DNA of 26,658 nt, from positions 1 through 26,658 of the forward strand of contig JAWBSP010000017.1 of assembly GCA_038842485.1 (NCBI GenBank), written 5' to 3'. Source of the DNA: Candidatus Hadarchaeales archaeon. Lineage in GTDB: Archaea > Hadarchaeota > Hadarchaeia > Hadarchaeales > JAWBSP01. Below are positions 14,932 to 24,678 of this stretch, in pieces. The translations under genes and the position numbers were made by a program. The number at the start of each line of letters is the position of its first letter. Within the stretch, counting starts at the first letter, position 1. The notes below the pieces were generated by a model, which was given only the letters and a program-made list of their open reading frames with translations, was not told where the DNA came from and did no database searches.

Positions 14932-15951
14932 ATGCCCAAAGCCAAGCGCAGGTTTTCCCCCCGGAAGGTTGCTGTTGTCGCACTTCTTGTGGTTCTCGTG
15001 CTTGGAGGCATGGTGTCGCTTTCCCAGGAGGAACTGGGTGAGATATATAGAGCCACTGTATCAGCTGACCGGGGCTTGGTGCTCTGTGCAATCCTTCTGT
15101 ATTTCTTTGAAGTACTCCTGTGGGCAGGCAGGTGGAGGGTTGCGCTACTGGCATCCGGTTATCAGGTTGACCTCAAGAGCCTCTACCTGATCTCCCACGC
15201 GGGAATGTTCTTCTCGAACATAACCCCGATAAGCAAGAGCGGGGGCGAACCCTTTCGAGCGTATTTCATCAAAAAGACCCACAAGGTTCCCTACCCCGTT
15301 GGTTTTGCCACCATCTTGGCTGAGGGCCTCCTGACCCTACCCCCCATCCTTGGAGTACTTCTGCTGGGCACGATACTTCGCATGTGGCTTTCCCCCTCTT
15401 TGGCGAGTGTGGTACTCCTAGCGGTGGGGGCTCTCTTTCTAGGCAGTCTTCTCCTTCTAGGTTTCCTATTCATCAGGAGAAAGCTGGCGGCTAGGAGCAT
15501 AGTTAGGACTGCCGGTAGAATTGCTAAATTTTTCAAGTTGAGGTTCGACGAGAAAAAAGCTCACGCCTCGATACAAAAATTCTACAGCAGTGCCCAGCGG
15601 GTGCTCAGAGATACGGGGAAAACCTTCCTGATTTTAACCATCGCTACACTTCTTTACATCCTGAGTTCTGTGAGGGTGTTTCTCATTCTTGTCGCTTTGG
15701 GTACCGATCCTCCCTTGGCAGCCCCCTTACTGGCGGTCACTGTCCCGCTTCTAGCCGGATGCATCCCACTCCTACCCGGGGGGTTGGTGCTGTTTGAGGG
15801 CACGATGGTTGCCGTTCTGGTGGGTTGTGGTATTCCCCTGCCGATATCCGTGGCTGCGACCTTGATAGAACGGGGGATATCCTATGTCCTATCCACTCTT
15901 GTCGGGGCTCTTGCGGCTTTATATCTGGGCGTTAGGGGCCTGAAGAGGTAA
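14932..15951 (+). CDS. UPF0104/lysylphosphatidylglycerol-synthase-TM family flippase-like protein
   Basis: RWR, NITP..SGGEPFRAY, PGGL..FE and ERGISY motifs. Confidence 0.88.
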   Translation: MPKAKRRFSPRKVAVVALLVVLVLGGMVSLSQEELGEIYRATVSADRGLVLCAILLYFFEVLLWAGRWRVALLASGYQVDLKSLYLISHAGMFFSNITPISKSGGEPFRAYFIKKTHKVPYPVGFATILAEGLLTLPPILGVLLLGTILRMWLSPSLASVVLLAVGALFLGSLLLLGFLFIRRKLAARSIVRTAGRIAKFFKLRFDEKKAHASIQKFYSSAQRVLRDTGKTFLILTIATLLYILSSVRVFLILVALGTDPPLAAPLLAVTVPLLAGCIPLLPGGLVLFEGTMVAVLVGCGIPLPISVAATLIERGISYVLSTLVGALAALYLGVRGLKR

Positions 15952-16177
15952 CGAGCTGTTTTTCCAGCTGCTTCTTTCTCTGGCGTGCATTCCACAGTTT
16001 TCCAATTTTGAAAAAGAGAAACACCAGCCCTAGGAAGAAGATGGGGTATAGCACCAAAAAAAGAAAAACCTTCAGAAGCCAGTGAAGGCTGGTCAGTTTC
16101 AGGAGGTAGTAGCACAGGAGGGCGGGCGTGAGCCAGATTAAGATACTGTAAATTCTATACCGCGGAAAGTACTTCAT
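15932..16177 (-). CDS. Small two-TM membrane protein
   Basis: MKYFPRYRIYSILIWL...; GGAGG upstream of ATG 16177; overlaps the glycosyltransferase end. Confidence 0.55.
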   Translation of the reverse strand: MKYFPRYRIYSILIWLTPALLCYYLLKLTSLHWLLKVFLFLVLYPIFFLGLVFLFFKIGKLWNARQRKKQLEKQLVTSSGP

Positions 16178-17327
16178 TGTAAACCTCCAAGGTGGAGTCC
16201 ACAACTCTCTCCAAGCTGTACCTCCTCACAGCCTCTTCCCTCGCTTTTCTTCCCATTCTCGTGATGAGCTCCCTGTCGGTGGCTAGCTGCAAGATTCTCT
16301 CCTTCAGGCTGTTGGTGTCTCTCGGTGGCACTAGGAAGCCCGTCCCTTCCACAAAGACTTCATTGAAACCAGAAACATTGGTTGCGATAATGGGTTTCCC
16401 TGATGCCATGGCTTCCACCATCACCAGGCCGAAGCTCTCCGCGCAGATTGAGGGTGCCACTGTAAAATCGCAGGAGGCGAAGTACCTGCTCACCTCTTCA
16501 GGCGGTCTGTACCCGACGAATTTTACAGAATCTTTCAGGTCCAGCTTCCGCGAAAGCTCCATCAGCCGGTTCCTCATGGGGCCGTCGCCGAGGATGACAA
16601 GCTTCATCTCCTTCATTATCTGTAGGGCCTCGCGGAATGCCTGTAGGAGATAGGCCACTCCCTTTCTTTCCGCGAGCCTTCCAGCATATAACAGGAAAAC
16701 GTTCGAACCTATCCCGAGTTCCTTTCTCAGCTCTTCCGATCTCTTGTCGGGTGAAAATTTCTTCGTGTCCACACCTAGGGGGATTTTTCTTATTATTTCT
16801 GGGTTCACCCCCATTCTTTCCACGAATTTCCTGCTGATTTCAGTTGCCACGATGACGCGGTCAGGCTGCGTGCTTCTGACCGTGAAGCGCCCAAAAAAGC
16901 CAAAAAATCTTCTCTCCGCCCACCCGTGATAGGTGTGGTTGGTGGTGATCACACATCTCCTCCTGGGGTGCATGAATTTTGCCACTCCCGTCGCCAAGAT
17001 CGAGAGGGGCGTGAGGAGGTGATGGGTGTGCACCACATCGTAGTTCTCTTTCTTGAAGAGCTCCTTCAATTTGAGGGGTGTCTCCGGATGAAAATAAACC
17101 TTCCATCTGGGCACGATTATGCCTGCCAACCTTCTCACCCTGAGCCCATTTATCACCTCGAACCTATCGGAGAAGGTGAAGGTTTTTGGATAGTTCTCCG
17201 TTATAACCTCAACTTCAATCCCCTTTCTCGAGGCAAGCTCGGATGAGAACGAGTATACAAAGGTTTCAACCCCTCCCAGCTTGGGGGGAAACCAATCGCT
17301 GACCACGGCAACCTTCAATCCGCTCAT
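16155..17327 (-). CDS. GT4 glycosyltransferase (PIG-A/PimA-like)
   Basis: VSDWFPPKLGGVE, DVVHTH, TNHT, AGRLAERKG and ESFGLVMVEAMASG motifs. Confidence 0.92.
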   Translation of the reverse strand: MSGLKVAVVSDWFPPKLGGVETFVYSFSSELASRKGIEVEVITENYPKTFTFSDRFEVINGLRVRRLAGIIVPRWKVYFHPETPLKLKELFKKENYDVVHTHHLLTPLSILATGVAKFMHPRRRCVITTNHTYHGWAERRFFGFFGRFTVRSTQPDRVIVATEISRKFVERMGVNPEIIRKIPLGVDTKKFSPDKRSEELRKELGIGSNVFLLYAGRLAERKGVAYLLQAFREALQIMKEMKLVILGDGPMRNRLMELSRKLDLKDSVKFVGYRPPEEVSRYFASCDFTVAPSICAESFGLVMVEAMASGKPIIATNVSGFNEVFVEGTGFLVPPRDTNSLKERILQLATDRELITRMGRKAREEAVRRYSLERVVDSTLEVYNEVLSAV

Positions 17328-17391
17328 CTGGCAGTTACCTCGCCGCAAATTTAGTTGCACCAGCCGCTATCCCTCTCGCCAAGCGCCTAAC

Positions 17392-18276
17392 TCACGTCCC
17401 GGCTGTTTTTAAAAGAATCCCAGCGAACAGTGGGACGATCAGGTTGTCACTGAAAGCGAGTGGCATGGACTCGAAGATTGCCACGGAGGTAGCGATACAG
17501 GCGGAGAGAAGTGGGTTGGTGAAGAGGAGGAGCAGAACGAAGATGGTCAAGCCCATGGCTATCGATCCCTCAACACTTTTCCCAGGATTGTGCTTCCATT
17601 TGTGCCGGCCGTACTTGAGGCCCACCATGGTGGCGGTGGGGTCGCCGATGGCAAGGGTGAGGATGCTTGCTAAGGCAATCTTCGGCTCCAGAAGGAGAAT
17701 GGGAATGGCCATGCCGATCATCCCAAAGTAGGCTGCCATGAAGAGCTTGCTTTCTTCCTTGGTTCTCTCCCCCGCTCCCAGCCACTGGTTCAGCCACCCT
17801 TGGAAGGTCTCCACGTACCTTCCCGAGAGGGGGGCGTGTCTCAAATAAGTCCCGGCGGTAAAAATGGCGAGGTAAAAGCAGAGGAAAATGAAGGCGAGAT
17901 CAACGTTCACCGCCACAAAATAAGCTATAAGGAGGGCGGCGAAGGCGTGAACAATGTGTCTATATGTTTCCCCTTTCATCCGTCCTGAGAGCTTCCAGTA
18001 GGCCGAGAACTGAACTGCCAGGATTAGAACTCCTAGGAAAAGCCAGAGTTCCTCCGCCGCACAGAGGTTTAAGAAGGCCCGAGTGTCGGAGAGGTAGAGT
18101 GAGAGGTCGAATTTGTAGAAGGGCAGAACGAGCAGAAAGGCGAGGGGCGCGGAAAGGGCGGCGGACAGGCCCTCCCTCCTGCATCGCTTGAGGAGGAGGT
18201 GGAAGAAAAGGAGAAAGCACCCCATGAACCAGACCCACATGGCGCCAGTTCTTCCCATCGGGAGAGTAACTGGCAC
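17392..18276 (-). CDS. CTP-dependent polyprenol/phytol/diacylglycerol kinase (SEC59/DGK1/VTE5 family)
   Basis: ETYRHIVH, LAIGDP.A..VG.KYG, KSVEGS and SDNLIVP motifs; start uncertain. Confidence 0.85.
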   Translation of the reverse strand: MPVTLPMGRTGAMWVWFMGCFLLFFHLLLKRCRREGLSAALSAPLAFLLVLPFYKFDLSLYLSDTRAFLNLCAAEELWLFLGVLILAVQFSAYWKLSGRMKGETYRHIVHAFAALLIAYFVAVNVDLAFIFLCFYLAIFTAGTYLRHAPLSGRYVETFQGWLNQWLGAGERTKEESKLFMAAYFGMIGMAIPILLLEPKIALASILTLAIGDPTATMVGLKYGRHKWKHNPGKSVEGSIAMGLTIFVLLLLFTNPLLSACIATSVAIFESMPLAFSDNLIVPLFAGILLKTAGT

Positions 18277-18374
18277 TAATAACCATTCACCTTGGCTTAT
18301 TTACATTTCACGGGTTCTGACTCGTCACGGCACTTCATCGCCCAACGTGTTTCGATTTTTCTGTGCAAACCGGG

Positions 18375-18449
18375 TGGGGTCGCCGGGATTTGAACCCAGG
18401 TCACCAGCACCCCAAGCTGGTAGGATGGACCAGGCTACCCTACGACCCC
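18375..18449 (-). tRNA. tRNA-Pro(GGG)
   Basis: Canonical cloverleaf; anticodon arm CCAGC TT GGG GT GCTGG. Confidence 0.95.
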
Positions 18450-18493
18450 ATCCATTCCTACGGCTGCTTCTAAAATGTCCAAAGGAAGGAGGA

Positions 18494-19000
18494 ATGGGGA
18501 AGAGGGCGGATTTGGCGGGCGTGCTTTTGCTCGTGTTGGGCGCCTTCGCTCTCCTCCTATACTGGCTAGGCGTGAAACCCTGCCTCCCCCTTCTCTCCCT
18601 CGCTCCCCTCGTTGAGTCAAGGTACGCCATTCCCCTCTGCGTGGAGGTGGGCTATTCTCCCCTGGAAGCGTATCTTCTCTGTATCTCGCTGAACCTTCTG
18701 GTGATCCCGGCCGTCTACGGTTTCATGAACCTTCTCTTCCCTTACTTGAGCCGGAAAGTCGATTTGCTCAGGCGCATAGTTTCGTACGCGGAGGAGAAGG
18801 CGAGAGGGAGAAAGTGGACTTTTCCGTTTCTCGCTCTTTTTGTGGCGGTCCCCCTTCCCATGACGGGTGCCTACACGGGCACGCTGATTGCCTATCTGCT
18901 GCGGCTGGACTGGAGGCGTTCCTCCCTAGCCATCTCCCTAGGTGTGGTTCTTGCCGGGCTGATCACCCTCTCGCTGCAGGCAGGTTTTAGGCTGCTGTAG
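18494..19000 (+). CDS. COG2426 'small multi-drug export' membrane protein
   Basis: PLVESRYAIP and FVAVPLPMTGAYTG motifs; GGAGG before ATG 18494. Confidence 0.85.
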   Translation: MGKRADLAGVLLLVLGAFALLLYWLGVKPCLPLLSLAPLVESRYAIPLCVEVGYSPLEAYLLCISLNLLVIPAVYGFMNLLFPYLSRKVDLLRRIVSYAEEKARGRKWTFPFLALFVAVPLPMTGAYTGTLIAYLLRLDWRRSSLAISLGVVLAGLITLSLQAGFRLL

Positions 19001-19009
19001 GAAGATGGG

Positions 19010-19861
19010 ATGTGGGTCCCGGTCAAGCCACCCTTTGGGGGATTTGAGAGCACTTACGAATCCTCCCAAGTTGCGGTGATGGGGGTGCCGCTGGATCTGA
19101 CCTCCACCTACCGGAGTGGAAGCAGGTTCGCTCCCCAACGGATAAGGGAGGCCTCCTTTAACTTGGAAACCTACATTCCCTCAGCAGGTGCGGATGTTTT
19201 TGAAAAACTCCAGACCTCGGACTTGGGAGACCTCTGGCTTCCCCCCGATTTGCAGGAGGCGGGGAAGCTGATTGAAGGCGAGGTTCGTAGGGTGCTAGGG
19301 GACGGGAAGCTCCCCCTGCTTCTGGGCGGGGAGCACACCCTCACCTATTTCGCCTGCAGGGCCGCTAGGCCTGATTTTGTCCTCTATCTCGACGCTCATG
19401 CCGATCTAAGGGAAGAGTGGGCGGGGCAGACGCTTTGCCATGCCACGGTTGCTAGGAGGCTTCTTGAGTTTCTCCCCCCCACTAGGCTGCTTCTGGTGGG
19501 GCTGAGATCTCTCTCGAGGGAGGAGATGGATTTCATCCGGGGGACCGGGCTCCTCCCAGTTTACGCGGATCGTTTCTCCGACCCCCTCCAGCTGGGCAGG
19601 AAGGTAAAAGAGGAGTGCAGCGGGAAGGTTTACCTGAGTCTGGATATGGACCTCCTCGATCCAGCCTTCGCTCCAGGGGTTTCCTGCCCCGAGCCGGGTG
19701 GTATCTCCACCTCTCAGCTGCTCGAGTTTCTTAGGGGGCTAAGGGGTGTGAGTCTCTGTGGTGTGGACGTGGTGGAGGTTTGCCCGCCTTTCGATTCAGG
19801 TAACTGTGCCTCCTTTGCCGCCGCTAGGGCGATTTACGAGCTTCTTGCCCACTTGGTGTAG
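19010..19861 (+). CDS. speB: Agmatinase (ureohydrolase family)
   Basis: [38 protein letters not shown] and DVVEV motifs. Confidence 0.92.
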   Translation: MWVPVKPPFGGFESTYESSQVAVMGVPLDLTSTYRSGSRFAPQRIREASFNLETYIPSAGADVFEKLQTSDLGDLWLPPDLQEAGKLIEGEVRRVLGDGKLPLLLGGEHTLTYFACRAARPDFVLYLDAHADLREEWAGQTLCHATVARRLLEFLPPTRLLLVGLRSLSREEMDFIRGTGLLPVYADRFSDPLQLGRKVKEECSGKVYLSLDMDLLDPAFAPGVSCPEPGGISTSQLLEFLRGLRGVSLCGVDVVEVCPPFDSGNCASFAAARAIYELLAHLV

Positions 19862-20363
19862 GCGGGGATTCGACCCTGATCTTGCAGGTGAAGGGAAGCT
19901 TCAGGGAGAACCGCCTGAGCGCCTCTCTAGCTTGGGGTTCGAACTGGGGGAGGGTCCTAACCGTGGCCACCGCTTGTCCTGCTTTCACTCTCGCAGCCGT
20001 TCCCGCCGCTCTCCCGAACGCTAGGCGCATTCCCTCCGAAACCCGGTCAGCCCCAGCACCCACCGCGAGCAGGTGCTCTCTTATTATGTGGTGTGGGTAT
20101 ACTCTTACCTTGAGATGATAGTTGTCCTTGCCGACGGTGGTTTCCAAGTATCGGTTGGCCGCCATCCTGCCGGCCTCTAGGGCGTTGTGTCTGATCTGCC
20201 CGCTTCCCATCACGAGGAGGGAAAGCTGGAGGGGGAAGCTTCCGGCGGGGTTTCCCATGTCAAAGGTCTGGATGCGCATGGCTGGGAAATCCTTGACGTA
20301 ATCCTTTCTAGTGTAGGCTGGCCCGCTGAAGTGCCTGTAGCATCTTCCTGGTCTGAGCGGCAT
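19824..20363 (-). CDS. rpl10e: 50S ribosomal protein uL16 (L10e)
   Basis: [27 protein letters not shown] and [14 protein letters not shown] motifs. Confidence 0.96.
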   Translation of the reverse strand: MPLRPGRCYRHFSGPAYTRKDYVKDFPAMRIQTFDMGNPAGSFPLQLSLLVMGSGQIRHNALEAGRMAANRYLETTVGKDNYHLKVRVYPHHIIREHLLAVGAGADRVSEGMRLAFGRAAGTAARVKAGQAVATVRTLPQFEPQAREALRRFSLKLPFTCKIRVESPPTPSGQEARKSP

Positions 20364-20519
20364 CCAACTCTAAACCCCCGAGCATAATAACTTCATCCCC
20401 GCGTGGGAATAACGCCGGTTTCGGGTTCGGGGCTGTGTTTTGAGCGCAAGTCCTCTTTCATGCTCAATCGGGATTTTCGCCAAAACGTGTTCAGCTATCT
20501 GCACGAATCCCAGGAGGTT

Positions 20520-21437
20520 TTATTTTAGGTGAAACTCTACCACGTCTTTATCCTGTAGCACGTAATCCCTCGGCACCCTCTGCCCCGGAAAGCGCGTGGA
20601 ACCCCAGACCCTTGCAAATTCCAGATTTTCCGCCAGCTCCTCATGTACTCTCCTGGCCGCCTGCAGAACGGTGGAACCCTCCGGCAGGATGAGGGGGCGG
20701 GTGGCGGGATTTTCCCCAGGGCGCTTCGTGTAGACCCTTATCACGTGGAGGAGACGGAAGATTTCCGACGGAAGGGAAGGATCCCCCTCCCTCAAAACCT
20801 TGAAGGGGCAGTTTGGGAATTCACCGCGTTCACGGTCGAGTTTGGTCAGTACCACAGCCGTTCTGGAGGGATCTGGTGTTACCCCTGCCCCCCTAAGCTC
20901 TTTCAGCAGTACCTCAAGCTGCCAAGGCTCCCCGGCATCCACCACCAGCAGGAGAGCATCGGCGGACCGCGCTAGACCGAAGGGGGCAAGTCCGAAACCC
21001 CTTCCCTCGCAGGAGCCCTCCACCACTGCCGGAGACTCGACCAGCTGTACCTGAATGTCCTCGAAATTCATCATGCCGGGGACGGGCTTGGTGGTGGTAA
21101 AGGGATGCTCCCCTATCTCGGGTTTCGCCGAGGTCAGTCTGGAGAGGAGGGTGGATTTCCCCGAGTTTGGCAGGCCGAGCAGGACCACCTGTCCCGCTCC
21201 CTCCTTTTTGACGGCGAAGGATATCCTGGTGCCGAGTTTTTTTGCCTGCTTTTTCTCAATCTCCCCCTTGAGCTTTTTCACCCTCTGCTTCAGCATTTTG
21301 AGGAGCTTTTCGGTTCCCTTGTGCTTGGGAGCGAGCCGGATCAGCTCCTCCGTCAGCCTGAGTCTCTCCTCGGGGGTTTTGGCAAGCCTGTACTTCTCCT
21401 CGACCTTAAAGTACTCGGGGGGGAGGTTGGCCGGCAC
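20520..21437 (-). CDS. OBG/DRG-like GTPase with TGS domain
   Basis: MPANLPPE, PKHKGTEK, GLPNSGKS, PFTT, TKLD, IRVYTK and C-terminal TGS signature. Confidence 0.9.
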   Translation of the reverse strand: MPANLPPEYFKVEEKYRLAKTPEERLRLTEELIRLAPKHKGTEKLLKMLKQRVKKLKGEIEKKQAKKLGTRISFAVKKEGAGQVVLLGLPNSGKSTLLSRLTSAKPEIGEHPFTTTKPVPGMMNFEDIQVQLVESPAVVEGSCEGRGFGLAPFGLARSADALLLVVDAGEPWQLEVLLKELRGAGVTPDPSRTAVVLTKLDRERGEFPNCPFKVLREGDPSLPSEIFRLLHVIRVYTKRPGENPATRPLILPEGSTVLQAARRVHEELAENLEFARVWGSTRFPGQRVPRDYVLQDKDVVEFHLK

Positions 21438-21463
21438 ACTAATTTCCCCCTGCTGAAATTAGG

Positions 21464-21787
21464 ATGTTGAGGTATCTGCTGTACTTCCTGCTGGGAGGGA
21501 GCATCGTGAGCCTAGTGACTTACTTGGGCGCGCGGGGGAGCGGGTGGGCTGCAGCTTTCATCGCCATGTTCCCGGCCGTAACCGTCATCACCTTCGTGAC
21601 GATTTACCTCGAGGCCGGGGCCGAGTCCGTCGGGAGTTACATCAGGGGCCTGTTCCTCGTCCTTCCAGCTTGGATTTGCTACCTCGTGATGGTATACCTC
21701 CTCACTGGAAGAATAGGTCTGTTATCCATTCTCTTGGGCACCCTCGTTTACATGCTTCTTTCCTTCCTTCTCGCCTCGCTCGTCTGA
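21464..21787 (+). CDS. DUF3147/GlpM-like small membrane protein
   Basis: Four TM segments; FLLGGSIV and AAFIAMFP motifs. Confidence 0.7.
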   Translation: MLRYLLYFLLGGSIVSLVTYLGARGSGWAAAFIAMFPAVTVITFVTIYLEAGAESVGSYIRGLFLVLPAWICYLVMVYLLTGRIGLLSILLGTLVYMLLSFLLASLV

Positions 21788-21991
21788 TGCTAACGGGCAT
21801 CGCTCGAGAACGTAGACAATTTTTCAGCGATTCCACGTCAGAAAGGGGACAGGTTATAAAAGCGTGGCGAGAAGACGGCTGGGGGCCGCTGCTGCGCATG
21901 GCAATCGCTCAGCACGCTCTATCCGGTTAGAATCGTCAACTTCCTCGAGCTTCTGTAAAATACCTCCTTTTAATACCCCTCCGACTTTTTG

Positions 21992-23041
21992 ATGCAGAGG
22001 GTCAGCGGGTTCCTAGTTCTCCCTCTTGTGTTGAGCCTACTTCTTTGCCTCTTACCCTCATCCTCCGCCCGACCAGCAGTTCCTGCCCTACTCTGCGGCT
22101 CGAGCAATCCGGGAAGGGTGTACATGTATATGGGCGGGAAGAGCTGGGTTCCCATTTCTCCGGTGTTGGGGTATTCGGTTTTGTGCATGGCGGAATATCG
22201 GGGCGAGCTGTATGTCGGCACGACCTCCGAGTTCGGGATGATGAGTGGTGTTGGGAGGGTATGGAAGTTTGACGGTAGTAAATGGGAGCTGGTGGGGGAT
22301 GGGCTGGATCACAACGTCAATGCCTTGGTTGTATACAAGGGAAAACTGTACGCTGGAACTTCCCTCAACGGGACGAGGGTTTACAGGTACGAGGGAGGGA
22401 AAAGGTGGACCTTGGTGGTCGACTACCACTGGTATCCTTGGGGGAACAACTGGTACGGGGTCAGGTGCATGAGGGAGTTCAAGGGGAACCTGATCATAGG
22501 GGACACCTTCTGGGATCTCATAGCGCTCTGGAACGGGAAGGAATTTTATCCCGTTCAGCCCTATGAAACCGGCTCCTGCATTTACGACCTGGAGGAGTAC
22601 AGGGGGAGGCTTTTCGGCTCGGCCTACAGAGGTCGTATCTGGGTCTCCGAGGACGGGTGGAACTGGAGCCTCATGTGCGATTTCGACTATGGTAAGGGGA
22701 ACATATGGGAGATGGAGGTGTTCAGGGGTAAACTTTATATGGGTTACCAGTCAGGAGAGCTTAGGGTCTGGGACGGTGAAGGGGACGTGAGGGGCGAACT
22801 GGTTTATACCGCGCCAGCCCCCATCATTTCCATGGAGAGCGATGGGGTCAGCCTGTACTTCGGGACAGGTGGGGACGCGGCGGGTTTCGGAGAGGCCCGG
22901 GAGGGTCTGGCGAGCGTCTATCGATATGACGGGGAAAAGGTCGAACTGATTTCAGAAGAGGATCAGTTCGGTTCAGGAGTTCAGGTGTTGTATCGCATGG
23001 AGGGATGGAAAGATTTGCACCCGACCGCACACCGAACCTAG
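21992..23041 (+). CDS. Secreted beta-propeller-like protein
   Basis: Signal peptide, then repeated ~40-50 aa units ((E/V)Y.G.LY.GT...GRV..YDG..W); TTTTAATA about 20 nt upstream. Confidence 0.75.
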   Translation: MQRVSGFLVLPLVLSLLLCLLPSSSARPAVPALLCGSSNPGRVYMYMGGKSWVPISPVLGYSVLCMAEYRGELYVGTTSEFGMMSGVGRVWKFDGSKWELVGDGLDHNVNALVVYKGKLYAGTSLNGTRVYRYEGGKRWTLVVDYHWYPWGNNWYGVRCMREFKGNLIIGDTFWDLIALWNGKEFYPVQPYETGSCIYDLEEYRGRLFGSAYRGRIWVSEDGWNWSLMCDFDYGKGNIWEMEVFRGKLYMGYQSGELRVWDGEGDVRGELVYTAPAPIISMESDGVSLYFGTGGDAAGFGEAREGLASVYRYDGEKVELISEEDQFGSGVQVLYRMEGWKDLHPTAHRT

Positions 23042-24057
23042 ACGCGTAAGATTTCGCTGGAGGCCTCCCGCAGGCGATAGGTGAAGGCTAGCCCAATGCC
23101 GGAAGGTTCAAGGCCTTCGGCTAGGATCACATCGACCTGTTCTTTGTCGAATTCTCTCAGAACTTTAAAGAGTCTAGCTGCGATGAGCCCGGGTTCTGAG
23201 CGGGATCCCACCACCTTCACGACACCGGCACGGTACTTCCCCGCATTCTCCGCGGTTGCTAGAATTCCCACTCTTTTCCCCTCCCTTTGGTATTTTTCTG
23301 CCACCTCCACTATCTTTGAGCACACCTTGTCTGGATTTCCCTCGACCAAGATCAACTTGGATTTTGGTGCATAGTGCCGTTCAAAGTCAGGCCCCTTGGG
23401 GATGTCTACACTCCGGACTACAACCTTCCCGATGACCGCTTCAAGCTCCTCCACCGTGACCGGCCCTGGTCTCAAGAGAGTGGGGGGATCCGAGGTCAGG
23501 TCGAGGATGGTCGACTCGATCCCATATTCAACTTCTCCCCCGTCAATCACGGCGTCTATCTTTCCGCCTAGGTCCTCAAGAACATGCGCGGCCGAGGTTG
23601 GACTTGGTCTGCCGTAAAGGTTGGCGCTCGGTGCGACTAGGGGAACCCCGGCTTCGGTAATCAGCATAATAGATACGGGATGACTTGGCATTCTCATCCC
23701 AACGGTTGGAAGGCCAGCGGTGACCGCATCGGGCACGAGCTGGGATTTGGGCACAAGTAGAGTGAGGGGACCTGGCCAGAATCTCTCGATGAGCCGCTCG
23801 GCTAACGGTGGGGAGGACTTCACCAGTGAGTAAAAAGTATCTTTGTCCGCGATGTGCACGGTTAGCGGGTTGGTGGTGGGTCTACCCTTCACTTCGAATA
23901 CCCTCCTTACCGCTCTCTCAAGCAACGCGTTTGCACCAAGACCATATACGGTTTCCGTTGGAAAGGCTACTAGTCCACCCTCCCGGAGAAGCCCCGCTGC
24001 TTGGCGAATCAGTTCCGCACGTGGTCTTTGGGGATCAACTTTCAGGACTAGGGTCAT
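23038..24057 (-). CDS. sua5: Threonylcarbamoyl-AMP synthase Sua5 (YrdC + SUA5 domains)
   Basis: FPTETVYGL, KGRP..NPL, WPGPLT, APSAN..GRPSPT, GIEST, LRPG and HYAP motifs. Confidence 0.95.
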   Translation of the reverse strand: MTLVLKVDPQRPRAELIRQAAGLLREGGLVAFPTETVYGLGANALLERAVRRVFEVKGRPTTNPLTVHIADKDTFYSLVKSSPPLAERLIERFWPGPLTLLVPKSQLVPDAVTAGLPTVGMRMPSHPVSIMLITEAGVPLVAPSANLYGRPSPTSAAHVLEDLGGKIDAVIDGGEVEYGIESTILDLTSDPPTLLRPGPVTVEELEAVIGKVVVRSVDIPKGPDFERHYAPKSKLILVEGNPDKVCSKIVEVAEKYQREGKRVGILATAENAGKYRAGVVKVVGSRSEPGLIAARLFKVLREFDKEQVDVILAEGLEPSGIGLAFTYRLREASSEILRV

Positions 24058-24286
24058 CCTCAACTACTCCTTCCAGGAAAAGCCCCTGTTCTCACCGTTC
24101 CCTTTTTCGGTTAGCATTGCGGTAAGAGGGTGCGACTGGGGAGGATTTGAGAAGCTTCAGGTTTCGTGATAGTCGGACGCTCTAGGGACGAGCATAACTT
24201 GGGACTGGTGACCCCTGACCCAAACTTCCTGCGATATCGAACGAGTCCTTCAGATGCGAGGATGAATTGAGCTGGATAATAGTGCA

Positions 24287-24678
24287 ATGGTGAAGAAAGA
24301 GATGGAGAGAGAAGCCGAAATCCTTCGGAGAAGGGCGATTGAATTTCTTAAGACGGCTGAATTTCTTTTTTCCCAGAAATCTTTCGATCTAGTAGCTTTC
24401 CACCTTGGGCAGTTCTGCCAGCTGTACCTTAAGTACGCGCTTCTGCGGAAGGTGGGGGATTTCCCAAAAACGCACTCATATGGGAGCTGGCTACCCTGCT
24501 GAAGAAAGTGGGCGGAGAAGCCGTGGAAAAATTTTGCAAGTCAAACGCCAGCACGGTTGGAGGACTTGAGAGAGCATATATAACTTCGCGCTACATCCCC
24601 ATCGAGTTCAAAGAAGAGGAAGTTAAGGAGATGCTTGATTTCTGCAGAAAGCTGAGAGAGCTGGTGAACGGCATATGA
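24287..24678 (+). pseudogene. HEPN-domain gene with a frameshift near 24478
   Basis: ...AFHLGQFCQLYLKY...FPKTHS continues in the -1 frame as IWELATLL...LERAYITSRY...LVNGI*. Confidence 0.85.

Noticed and set aside
18300-18370. Possible C/D-box sRNA and weak similarity to 20477-20494
   Set aside because: Boxes are not in the correct order on one strand, and the match is too short to be significant
18188-18493. N-terminal extension of the COG2426 ORF
   Set aside because: Runs through tRNA-Pro antisense; an RBS supports ATG 18494
7918-19861. Convergent 3' overlaps (7918-7953, 13773-13787, 15932-15951, 19824-19861)
   Set aside because: Ordinary for compact archaeal genomes
24463-24469. C CCA AAA slippery heptamer as a programmed -1 frameshift in HEPN
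   Set aside because: Shifting there would replace the conserved PKTH motif with PKNA, so the lesion lies just downstream
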